Assembly (NCBI GenBank): GCA_018304025.1
Contig: JAGVXA010000008.1
Coordinates: 2,660-66,659, forward strand
DNA: 64,000 bases
Source of the DNA: Candidatus Pacearchaeota archaeon
GTDB taxonomy: Archaea; Nanobdellota; Nanobdellia; Pacearchaeales; GW2011-AR1
Reading direction: 5' to 3'
Shown: piece by piece, positions 25,157 to 33,480 of the stretch
Layout of the letters: every line of letters begins with the position of its first letter
Position numbering within the stretch: position 1 is the first letter of the stretch
Position numbers and translations under genes: made by a program
Notes under the pieces: generated by a model
Databases searched by the model: none
Seen by the model: the letters and a program-made list of their open reading frames with translations, nothing else
Told to the model about the DNA's origin: nothing

Positions 25157-25720
25157 ATGGGCATTTTTAATATGAAAAGAGTTGCTGTTTTTATAGACGG
25201 TAATAATTTTTATTTTGGTTTAAGAAAGTTATTTGGAAAGAACAAAAGTTTGAAGAATTTTGATTTTGCAAAATTTGCTCAATTTTTAGCAGGGAAAGAA
25301 AAAGTTACAGCAATTTATTATTACAATGCTTTATTAGACAAAGAGCATAATTCAAAGAAATATGAAAGTCAAAAAGAGTTTTTTGAAAAATTGAAGCAAA
25401 TTCCGAACTTTCATCTGGTTTTATGCAAATTACTTAAACGGAGCATAACTGGAACAAATAAGTTTTATTACATAATAAAGGAAGATGATATAAACATGGC
25501 TGTTGATATGGTTGAAAACGCCTGTGACAATAATTTTGATATTGCTATTCTTGTTTCTGGTGATGGCGACTTTGTACCTGCTGTTCGTTCGGTGAAAAAG
25601 AAAAATAAACTTGTAAAAAATGTTTATTTCAAAAATAGTTCTTCTAGAAATCTTAAGAATTTTTGCGATGAATCTTTAGAATTGACAAAACAAACACTGG
25701 AAGAATTATTTTATAGTTAA
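25157..25720 (+). CDS. NYN-domain (LabA/DUF88-like) protein, predicted RNase fold
   Basis: VAVFIDGNNFYFGL and ILVSGDGDFVPAVRSVKKKNK acidic motifs typical of the LabA-like NYN family. Confidence 0.7.
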   Translation: MGIFNMKRVAVFIDGNNFYFGLRKLFGKNKSLKNFDFAKFAQFLAGKEKVTAIYYYNALLDKEHNSKKYESQKEFFEKLKQIPNFHLVLCKLLKRSITGTNKFYYIIKEDDINMAVDMVENACDNNFDIAILVSGDGDFVPAVRSVKKKNKLVKNVYFKNSSSRNLKNFCDESLELTKQTLEELFYS

Positions 25721-25793
25721 ATCAATGAATTAATTGTTTGTGAAGAAGAGGTTTAAACATCTAGGCAGAGATTAGACCGATGAATTTATGATA

Positions 25794-25815
25794 ATTATTA
25801 GTATATAAATTATAT
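25794..25815 (+). promoter_or_regulatory. conserved TATA-like head of a family A repeat
   Basis: ATTATTAGTATATAAATTATAT, 4 nt upstream of the outer stem that starts at 25820. Confidence 0.4.
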
Positions 25816-25819
25816 GCGT

Positions 25820-25902
25820 TTCGGCACGCAATTGGACTTGCCAATTTTAGTTGCTGGCAAGTCTTATCGGTAAAATTCGCTCCGCGAATTTAGCGTGCCG
25901 AA
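25820..25902 (+). repeat. family A structured repeat, single clean unit (archetype; candidate small RNA)
   Basis: Outer stem TTCGGCACGC/GCGTGCCGAA (10 bp). Arm 1 GGACTTGCCA-loop-TGGCAAGTCT (9 bp plus a G.T pair). Spacer TATCGGTAA. Arm 2 AAATTCG-CTCCG-CGAATTT. Followed by AAATTTT. Confidence 0.8.
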
Positions 25903-25983
25903 CTAAATTTTGTGATGATTAGAAGATTCCATTTTATTAGAAGTATTAGAAAAAATTATAAACTGACTTTTTATTGATTTGGA

Positions 25984-26328
25984 GTGACAGACGAGAAAAT
26001 TACAATAGAAAATTTTGAGAAATTAGATTTAAGAGTTGGAGAAATAATTTCTGTGGAGGAGCACCCTAATGCTTCTAAGCTGTTGGTTTTGAGAGTTGAT
26101 TTTGGCGAGGAGATTGGGGAGAGGACGATTGTTGCTGGTTTAAGGAATCATTATTCTGCTGATGAGTTAGAAGGGAAGAAAGCGGTTTTTATTGTTAACT
26201 TAGAACCTGCGAATTTGCGAGGGGTGGAAAGCAACGGAATGATTCTTGCTGCTTCGAATTCTGACAAGAGCGAGGTTAAAATTTTGATTACCGACGGAGA
26301 TTTAGAAGCCGGCAGCAAGGTTAGCTAA
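25984..26328 (+). CDS. tRNA-binding domain protein (Trbp111/CsaA/MetRS-C-terminal-like OB fold)
   Basis: LDLRVGEIISVEEHPNASKLLVLRVDFGEE...VAGL...LEGKKAVFIVNLEPANLRGVESNGMILAA; GTG start as in the ORF track. Confidence 0.75.
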   Translation: MTDEKITIENFEKLDLRVGEIISVEEHPNASKLLVLRVDFGEEIGERTIVAGLRNHYSADELEGKKAVFIVNLEPANLRGVESNGMILAASNSDKSEVKILITDGDLEAGSKVS

Positions 26329-26329
26329 A

Positions 26330-27385
26330 ATGCGGAAGAGATACACTATTTTTAGCAATCCCAAGAAAATTTACAGGGAGATGATTCGCGACATAAGAAA
26401 GGCGAAGAGATTTGTTTACTTAGAAACTTATATTTACAGCAGAGATAAAGTCGGAAAAGAGTTCCGCGAGATTTTGACGAAGAAGGCCAAGGAGGGCGTT
26501 AAAGTAAAATTATTGCTTGACGGGTGGGGGAGTTCTGCTGACAAGAGATTTTTTAGGAGACTGATTGCGAGCGGAGGAGAAGTCAGATATTTTCGGGAAA
26601 TGAGATATTTCACAAGAATGTTCAAGAAAAATCATGAAAGAAACCACAGGAAATTATTGTTGATTGACGGGCAGGTTAGTTACATTGGCTCTATGAATAT
26701 TACGGCGTCCTGCCTGGAGTGGAGAGAACTTGTTTTGAGAATTGGGGGAAGGATGGCTTACGCGTTTAGGAAATCGTTTTTGCACAGCTGGAACAATTAC
26801 GGTGCTTTCGGGGCGAAAAGACTGAACACGATAATTCACAAAGGTTTTGAAATATTACTTGACGTTCCCGCGCATCCTCGAAGAGACACTCATAAAAAAT
26901 ATGTTGAATTGCTGAATCGGGCTAGAAAAGAGATTTCAATTGTTACGCCGTATTTTGTGCCGTCGCAGTCTGTGATACGGGCGTTATCCGACGCTGTCAG
27001 GCGCGGAGTTAAAGTCACGCTGATTATTCCAAAACGTTCTGATGTCAGGACAGCTGATGTGCTGAGGGATGTTTATCTTGGAAAGTTATTTTTATCCGGA
27101 GTCAATATCAAATGTTTTTATCCGAGAAATTTGCATTCAAAACTTTTGATTGTGGATAATGCTTTTTTCTTGCTGGGCTCTTCGAACGTAGATTACAGGA
27201 GTTTTTTGCATCAGTACGAACTTAATCTTTTTGGAACTGACGAGACAGTAATTGATCTTTTGGAAAGATATTTTGAGAATACTTTGAAATTCAGCGAGGG
27301 GTTTAATTACGCCGGGTGGAAAAACCGTTCTAGGATTACTAAGATTTTGGAGCATTTGCTGAAGAAGGTGAAGAGGTATTTCTAG
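26330..27385 (+). CDS. phospholipase D superfamily protein (cardiolipin synthase/PLD-like, two HKD motifs)
   Basis: HRKLLLIDGQVSYIGSMN and HSKLLIVDNAFFLLGSSN HKD motifs; no N-terminal TM helices; starts 1 nt after the preceding stop. Confidence 0.75.
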   Translation: MRKRYTIFSNPKKIYREMIRDIRKAKRFVYLETYIYSRDKVGKEFREILTKKAKEGVKVKLLLDGWGSSADKRFFRRLIASGGEVRYFREMRYFTRMFKKNHERNHRKLLLIDGQVSYIGSMNITASCLEWRELVLRIGGRMAYAFRKSFLHSWNNYGAFGAKRLNTIIHKGFEILLDVPAHPRRDTHKKYVELLNRARKEISIVTPYFVPSQSVIRALSDAVRRGVKVTLIIPKRSDVRTADVLRDVYLGKLFLSGVNIKCFYPRNLHSKLLIVDNAFFLLGSSNVDYRSFLHQYELNLFGTDETVIDLLERYFENTLKFSEGFNYAGWKNRSRITKILEHLLKKVKRYF

Positions 27386-27458
27386 ATTTAGGAAAGAAAA
27401 ACAAAGAAAATTCTTTAATGCATTTTGGAATTCCTTATAATTTTCTTAAGTTTATCAA

Positions 27459-28214
27459 TTAATATCTTCCGAGAAGCATGTCAAAGAAAGAAACTTTATC
27501 CTTGTAATCCACGCCAGATATTTTCGCTGCGATTTTTTTGTATGCTCTTGCTGCTTTTGATTTTGGGTGGGTGTGTATAATTGCGTCTTTCATGACAACA
27601 GACATCTGGATATTTTCGTCTTCGGGAACTATTCCTAAGATTGGGAGTTCCAGCATATCTTGTATGTTAGCTATCGGCATTTCTGTGCTGTTGTTTCTTA
27701 CCCTTGTTACTATAACTCCCTTGATTTCTTTGCCGAGCTGTTCTGCTAGTTTTGCTGTTTTTAGCGCGTCTGTAACCGCCGGTATTTCCGGGTTTGTTAC
27801 GATTATAATTTCATCTGCTGACTCTATCGCTGCTGTTGCTTCATCTCCAAGCCCTGCCGAGGAATCGTAAATCACGTAGTCTGCAACTTTTCTTAATTTT
27901 TTTGATAAATCTTTCAGCTTGCTGTGGTCTAGTCTTTTTAGCTCGCCGATTGAAAGCGAAGAAGGAATTATTTTAGTGCCTGACTCGTGCTCGTAAATCG
28001 CGTCAGAAACTTTTGCTTTTCCAAGCAGAACGTGATTCAGAGAAACGGGGACAATCGGGGCGCCTAAATGCAGTCCGACATTTGGAGTTGTGAGATTTGC
28101 GTCTACGATTATCACGTCTTTTCCGAAGAAATTTAATGCGGCTGCAAGATTAATGGAAGTTGTAGTTTTTCCGACGCCACCTTTTCCAGATGTTATTGTT
28201 ATTATCCGACTCAT
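27459..28214 (-). CDS. minD: MinD/ParA-family P-loop ATPase
   Basis: deviant Walker A SGKGGVGKTTTSINLA, DANLTTPN, IIVTNPE segments; 251 aa. Confidence 0.8.
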   Translation of the reverse strand: MSRIITITSGKGGVGKTTTSINLAAALNFFGKDVIIVDANLTTPNVGLHLGAPIVPVSLNHVLLGKAKVSDAIYEHESGTKIIPSSLSIGELKRLDHSKLKDLSKKLRKVADYVIYDSSAGLGDEATAAIESADEIIIVTNPEIPAVTDALKTAKLAEQLGKEIKGVIVTRVRNNSTEMPIANIQDMLELPILGIVPEDENIQMSVVMKDAIIHTHPKSKAARAYKKIAAKISGVDYKDKVSFFDMLLGRY

Positions 28215-28249
28215 TGTACACTTAATGTGTTTTTATTTAGTAAAGAAAG

Positions 28250-28675
28250 TTATCTGAGTGCGCTTATAAACTTTTCTAGTATTGCGGCGTATTCTTTTAG
28301 CTTGTCCAGATTTATGTTGATTGTTTCGCCCCTGTAGATTACCTTTAGATTCACTCCTTTTCTGAATTCGTTTTCGCGGATTTTGTCGCATTTGTCCAAA
28401 TCCCTGAAAAGTTCGTAGAGCTTTAATGTTTCAGATATCTCCGGCTTGTTTGTATAAATTTGCTTTAACTGGACTTGCTTGGCTCTCGGAGCGTCTGGTA
28501 TTGGCTTCCATTTTTTTTCTTTTTTTGCTTTTTCTACTAACTTGTCCATGCCTTTGTCAATCATATTTTTCCAGCGGGAGAGGAGATTTATGATTACATC
28601 GCAGGTTTTTGTATACTTTAAACTGACATACAATAGGTGGTCCGCGCTTATTTTCTCTTTTATTATTTCTTCCAT
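28250..28675 (-). CDS. hypothetical protein
   Basis: 141 aa helical, Lys-rich; same strand as and 35 nt upstream of minD; no recognisable domain. Confidence 0.45.
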   Translation of the reverse strand: MEEIIKEKISADHLLYVSLKYTKTCDVIINLLSRWKNMIDKGMDKLVEKAKKEKKWKPIPDAPRAKQVQLKQIYTNKPEISETLKLYELFRDLDKCDKIRENEFRKGVNLKVIYRGETININLDKLKEYAAILEKFISALR

Positions 28676-28868
28676 AAATGCATTTAATGTAAAATTTGCT
28701 AACGACTACTAAGGAGGGGTTATTTATATATGTTTCTTTTTGGTTTGTAGGTTAAATTAGAGAATTTGCAGCATGCTTTGCTTGCAATTTTTGAAGCGAG
28801 AGTCTTATCAGACAATAAATCAAATAGACAAGAAGAAAGTTTAATAATCTGTGTTAATATTATGTTAG

Positions 28869-30701
28869 ATGAAAAAGAGGACTATAAAAAAACATAAAAA
28901 TTATTTTAATAAAACTAAAAAATATTTTGTTTTGATTTTTCTGATCTTTGTTTTTATTCTGATTAGTTTGAATTTTGTGAGCGCTGCGGGTTTAACGCCG
29001 ATTGCGCGCTGGGATGTTGTTCTGTATCAGAGAATAAATTTTGGAGAGACTTTGAATTTGGGAGTTGTTGCGTTTTCTAAGGAAGGAATTGACAGAGTTG
29101 AATTTTTAATTTCGGGGCAGGGATATTCCGGGGGAATTAAAACAGCGACGGAAATGAGCTTGAATCCGCAGACAGGTGTTTGGGAATATTGGGTGCCTTT
29201 GTCTGCTTCGGAATTTTCTTCTGACGGAGTGATAAATGTTGAGGCGGTTGTTTATGGGAGAGATGGGGGAGTGAGAGATAAGAATACTGGCGGAGGAAAT
29301 CTTGGACTTGACGAATTGAAGTTTACTGTGAATCCGCTTGGAAGTTTAGTTCAAGTTGAAGCGTGGGTTGCTGTGAATGGAAGTGATTCTACTGGATTAC
29401 TAAACGATCCGACGCGACCTTATCTTACAATTGGAAAGGCTCTTGACTCCATAATGGGATGGAGAAATATTAATGGATTTGGAAATAATGTCGATGGCGG
29501 GATTGTTTATTTATTTCCCGGAGGTCATAGAATGACAAACGGAGGATTTGAATATAATTTTTCAGGCGTTAACGAGTGGATTACAATCAAACCTTCCGCA
29601 GGCGGGACGAGAGAAAATACCATTATCAATCAAAGCGCAGGCACTCCAAAGATTAATTTGTTAAAAATAGAAGGGATTAGTTTGAAGAGCTATGGGCAAG
29701 GAGGGTACGCGATAAATCCTACATCGGTTTTTACAGGGGCTATGAATCTTTGGATAGATGATTCGGATATTATTGGTTCTGGATGGCAGACTCCTGGAAG
29801 TTCACCGATTGGATTAAATGTTGGACCTAAATATTACACAAATTCTTACTTTTATGACATACAATATCCTATTTATGGATCTGTGCGATTAAGCAGAAAT
29901 GTAAGAGTCGAACATATCGGCGGGGACGCGTTTTCAGCTGTTCCTTTTATTATCAATGCAAATATTTCTGGATTGGATCCGGGATCAACTGGCGAGCATT
30001 CAGATGCATGGCAGTCTCCTTCCTATAACGACCTAGAGGGGATGCAAAACTGGATAGTTTATAATTTTCAGGCGAGAGATTTGCATTATCAGGGAATATT
30101 TGGGAGAGTGTCTGTATTATCAAAAAACAATGCATTTGTAAATTTGTTTATTGAAATGCGCGGTCCGTTCCGAGGCACGCATGCTGATTTAACAGACTCT
30201 ATGGGCGCAAGCCTTAGTGGAGAATTTGATCATTTTTTGGTATGGCACACAACAGTCATTGGGCCTGCGAACATACCTTCTTTTTTTGCTATGCACGATG
30301 AGTCAACAACTGGCAGATTTAGAGCATCAAATTCTTCATTCATAGGAAACGCATTTCAGGAATTTAGGTCTAATCAAGGAGACAGCTGGACAGAGACAGC
30401 GGACGTGCTTTTTAATTCAAATCATTATAACATCACAGAAACAGCAACAGCTTATACGCCCGGGGAGAATTATACGACTGGAGATTTTGGAATATTTCTT
30501 GATTCCAGCAGCAAGTATTTTGGATATCCTTTTGTATCTTCTGTTTTGCTAAATAAAGTTTTTCCTTTAAATGTTCCTGTCGATGCTGATAATAATTTAA
30601 GAGTTAATGGGGGGGACGTTGGATCTTTTGAATATATTTCTGAAACGTTACCTGTTCAAGTGAATTGCACGATAAAGAAAGCGTATTGGAAAGTGGTATG
30701 A
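28869..30701 (+). CDS. secreted hypothetical protein
   Basis: N-terminal signal/anchor FVLIFLIFVFILISLNFVSAAG followed by a 570-aa Gly/Asn/Ser-rich beta-type sequence; no motif recognised. Confidence 0.5.
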   Translation: MKKRTIKKHKNYFNKTKKYFVLIFLIFVFILISLNFVSAAGLTPIARWDVVLYQRINFGETLNLGVVAFSKEGIDRVEFLISGQGYSGGIKTATEMSLNPQTGVWEYWVPLSASEFSSDGVINVEAVVYGRDGGVRDKNTGGGNLGLDELKFTVNPLGSLVQVEAWVAVNGSDSTGLLNDPTRPYLTIGKALDSIMGWRNINGFGNNVDGGIVYLFPGGHRMTNGGFEYNFSGVNEWITIKPSAGGTRENTIINQSAGTPKINLLKIEGISLKSYGQGGYAINPTSVFTGAMNLWIDDSDIIGSGWQTPGSSPIGLNVGPKYYTNSYFYDIQYPIYGSVRLSRNVRVEHIGGDAFSAVPFIINANISGLDPGSTGEHSDAWQSPSYNDLEGMQNWIVYNFQARDLHYQGIFGRVSVLSKNNAFVNLFIEMRGPFRGTHADLTDSMGASLSGEFDHFLVWHTTVIGPANIPSFFAMHDESTTGRFRASNSSFIGNAFQEFRSNQGDSWTETADVLFNSNHYNITETATAYTPGENYTTGDFGIFLDSSSKYFGYPFVSSVLLNKVFPLNVPVDADNNLRVNGGDVGSFEYISETLPVQVNCTIKKAYWKVV

Positions 30702-30735
30702 AGATTTGGTGATTAAATTTTTTACGTCGTTGAGA

Positions 30736-31071
30736 TTATTCAGAGAGTTTTAAAATCGCTTCTGCGATGTCTCCGTTGCTGGATTCTAATGCTTCTTTTG
30801 CTTCTGACTCAGAACAATTTGCTTTTTCCATTACTAATTTTATATCTTCTTCTGAGATATTTGTCTCTTCTGTTGCGTCGCCGGTGATTTGGAAAGATTC
30901 CTGCCCCTGCATTTTTATTCTCGTCACGCTCGGATTTTGGATTATTATTTTTGAATTGTCTTCTTTTTCGATTATTACTCTTTCTGCGGGGATTTCTTCT
31001 TGGGAGATTCCCATTTGTTTCATCAGTCCCTGCATTTTTTTTGGGTTGAATCCGCCGAGTCCGGGTAGCAT
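30736..31071 (-). CDS. nac: nascent polypeptide-associated complex protein (NAC plus UBA domains)
   Basis: PKKMQGLMKQMGI, NAC beta-barrel VIIEKEDNSKIIIQNPSVTRIKMQGQESFQITG, C-terminal UBA SESEAKEALESSNGDIAEAILKL. Confidence 0.85.
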   Translation of the reverse strand: MLPGLGGFNPKKMQGLMKQMGISQEEIPAERVIIEKEDNSKIIIQNPSVTRIKMQGQESFQITGDATEETNISEEDIKLVMEKANCSESEAKEALESSNGDIAEAILKLSE

Positions 31072-31119
31072 TTTAGTTTTTAGAAGGGAGGTTATTTATA
31101 TTTTTTGGAAGATAAATTA

Positions 31120-31287
31120 TTAAATTGCAATGGGCCAGAAAATTTTCAGGATTAGAACTAAAGCAAGAATTCCGATTACGAATCCGATGACTGCTGCCGG
31201 CGAAATCATGAATCTTGATTTGTATTCTTCGTCGTAACGCATGAGTCCGCCGAAAACGCCGGGCATGTGTATTTGTTGTTGTGCCAT
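31120..31287 (-). CDS. secG: preprotein translocase subunit Sec61-beta (archaeal SecG), 55 aa
   Basis: Hand-translated, below the ORF-track cutoff: MAQQQIHMPGVFGGLMRYDEEYKSRFMISPAAVIGFVIGILALVLILKIFWPIAI. GL-x-RY-DE then P-x-x-VI then a tail-anchor TM helix matches the Sec61-beta pattern. Confidence 0.7.
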   Translation of the reverse strand: MAQQQIHMPGVFGGLMRYDEEYKSRFMISPAAVIGFVIGILALVLILKIFWPIAI

Positions 31288-31401
31288 GTTAATTTGGAGA
31301 TTCCAGGGTTTTTAATAGTTTTGGAGCTGTTAGAGGATATTATTGAGAAATTTTTAGAAGATAATTAGTGTGAAGAATATTTTATGATAAATGCTTAAAG
31401 G

Positions 31402-32016
31402 TTATTCATTTAATTTATTCAATAGTTTATTTTTATCTTTTCCAGAAACATTTTTGCCCCAGAGGACGAAGAGTTTGTTTATTTTTCTCCAGTATTCTTT
31501 TGGTGCGATTTTTTTTAGTTCGATTTCTGTCTGCCCGGGATTTTTTGTTTTTACTAAACCGATAACATTAGAGATTCTGTGAACGTGCGTGTCGACGGTA
31601 ATTGTATCTTGGTTGTGAACTTCTGACAAGATAAGATTTGCAGTTTTTCTGCCGACGCCGGGAATTTTAATTAGAGAATATATTGTATCGGGAACTTTTC
31701 CGTTGTGATTTTTTGTTAAGTATTGCGCTGCCGCGATAATGTTTTTTGATTTTGTTTTATTGTAATTCATTGAGTTTAGGAGATTTAGAACTTCGGGGTA
31801 ATGAGCTTTTGCAAGAGATTCGAGGGAAGGATATTTTTTGAAAAGAGATTCTGCAATAGGAATTGTTGTTTCGTCTCTGCTTTGGGCTGACATTATTGTT
31901 GATATGAGGACTTGCCAATCTAAAAACCATCCTTCTGCTGCTAATCTTTTTGAGGAGTTAGAGTATTTTTTTTCTGCTGCTTTGAAAATTTTTAGGAAGT
32001 ATTGTTTTTTGTTCAT
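31402..32016 (-). CDS. nth: endonuclease III-like HhH-GPD DNA glycosylase lacking the Fe-S cluster loop
   Basis: HhH motif IKIPGVGRKTANLILSE and VDTHVHRISN; the C-terminus has no cysteines where Nth carries C-x6-C-x2-C-x5-C. Confidence 0.75.
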   Translation of the reverse strand: MNKKQYFLKIFKAAEKKYSNSSKRLAAEGWFLDWQVLISTIMSAQSRDETTIPIAESLFKKYPSLESLAKAHYPEVLNLLNSMNYNKTKSKNIIAAAQYLTKNHNGKVPDTIYSLIKIPGVGRKTANLILSEVHNQDTITVDTHVHRISNVIGLVKTKNPGQTEIELKKIAPKEYWRKINKLFVLWGKNVSGKDKNKLLNKLNE

Positions 32017-32597
32017 AAGATTATCCTTCCTTTTTGTATTTCTGCTAAGGTATAAGAATATAAAATATGTTCTGCTGCTAGAACGCGGGCTGCGAGAGTT
32101 TCCGGAGTGTCTGTATTGTATCTCGGGACTTTTAATTGCGTGAGAATTTTTCCTCTGTCATATTCTTCATTTACAATGTGCACTGTTGCTCCCGATTCTT
32201 TATCTCTACTTTGAATTACTGCTCTATGAACATCTATTCCATAAAGTCCAGCGTATTTTGGGAGCAATGCGGGATGAATATTTAAAAAATAGTTCGGAGA
32301 GAAAGCCGATAAAACAAATTGTGGAACTTCCTTCATGAATCCTGCAAGAACTCCAAGATTAACTTTGTGTTCTTTCAATTTATTTAATACTTTCTGCCAA
32401 GGGTCTTGTGAATTATTTTTATTAAAACAATATGAAGGAATTGAGTATTCGTCTGCTATTTGGATAACGCCGGCTGTTGTATTGTTTGTTATTATGACAG
32501 ATGCTTTTGCTTCAAGCCTGCCTGATTTAATATTTTCAAGAATTGCTCTAACATTTGAACCGTTATGAGATGCGAGGAAACCAATAGATAGTTCCAT
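32013..32597 (-). CDS. purN: phosphoribosylglycinamide formyltransferase-like (PurN family formyltransferase)
   Basis: ASHNGSNVRAIL, NIHPALLPKYAGLYG, SGATVHIVNEEYDRGKIL motifs; 4-nt overlap with nth. Confidence 0.7.
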   Translation of the reverse strand: MELSIGFLASHNGSNVRAILENIKSGRLEAKASVIITNNTTAGVIQIADEYSIPSYCFNKNNSQDPWQKVLNKLKEHKVNLGVLAGFMKEVPQFVLSAFSPNYFLNIHPALLPKYAGLYGIDVHRAVIQSRDKESGATVHIVNEEYDRGKILTQLKVPRYNTDTPETLAARVLAAEHILYSYTLAEIQKGRIIL

Positions 32598-32826
32598 ATT
32601 TTCTGGGATTTAATCAGGCTTATAAATTTTCTGGGAATTTGAAAATTTTTCTGCTTTTAACCCTAAACACCAAAATTTAAAATCCTGTGTTTCTTGAAAT
32701 AAAGATGGCGGAAATTTTGAATAACAGAAATGTTTATATAATTAACGATTCTATTAATAATACTTTAAGTCCCCGGTATCTCCTTCGGACATGCCGGGCT
32801 TCATTCTCTTTTTTCTGGAGGGTTTT

Positions 32827-33480
32827 ATGAGTGCTAAAGCAATTATTTTTTTTGATGCAAACAACTGGTATCATAATGTTAAGAATTATTTTAAACCAAG
32901 CGACATAGACATAAAATTATTCAAAGATTTAATTGCTGAGCGATTTGATTTAGAAATTGTCGAGGTAAGATGGTATGCGTCTATGCCAAGTTTAGCTGAT
33001 GGCGAATTAATGTATAAAAGGCACAGGAATTTTTTAGGAGGTTTAGAAAAAAAAGGAGTTAAACTTATAACAAGAAAATTACAAAGACTATCAAATAAAG
33101 AAAGTTTAAAAAAGAAACAAGACGCGCTTGACGATTTAGACTTATGTGCTGTTTGCAAACCCTTAGTTGAAGCAGCCTTTCTTGATTTAGCGGATATTAA
33201 GAAAAAAGAAAAGGGAATTGATGTTTGGATTGCCATAGACATGATTAATCTTTCTGTTATCGAGGACAAATGTGATACATGCGTTTTAGTTTCTGGCGAT
33301 GCAGATTTTGTGCCTGCTTTGAATCTTATAAAAAAGAAAGGTAAAGAGATTTTAACTGCTATGACTCCTAAAGGATATTCTTCAGAACTGAGAAACAGTT
33401 TTCCGTATTTTATTTTAAAAAAAGAAATATTAATTAAGTGCATGAGAGATTATAAAGAGATGAAACAGGAGAACAAATAA
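32827..33480 (+). CDS. NYN-domain (LabA/DUF88-like) protein, second paralog
   Basis: AIIFFDANNWYHN and VLVSGDADFVPALNLIKKKGKE. ATG at 32827 with GGAGG 8 nt upstream preferred over the track start at 32791. Stop overlaps the valS start. Confidence 0.7.
   Translation: MSAKAIIFFDANNWYHNVKNYFKPSDIDIKLFKDLIAERFDLEIVEVRWYASMPSLADGELMYKRHRNFLGGLEKKGVKLITRKLQRLSNKESLKKKQDALDDLDLCAVCKPLVEAAFLDLADIKKKEKGIDVWIAIDMINLSVIEDKCDTCVLVSGDADFVPALNLIKKKGKEILTAMTPKGYSSELRNSFPYFILKKEILIKCMRDYKEMKQENK

Noticed and set aside
28775-28825. Possible additional family A fragment (AATTTGCAGCATGCTTTGCTTGCAATTT..GAGTCTTATC)
   Set aside because: Only the arm 1 / TTATC portion is recognisable, with mismatches. There is no outer stem or arm 2. 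It is treated as a degenerate remnant rather than a feature.
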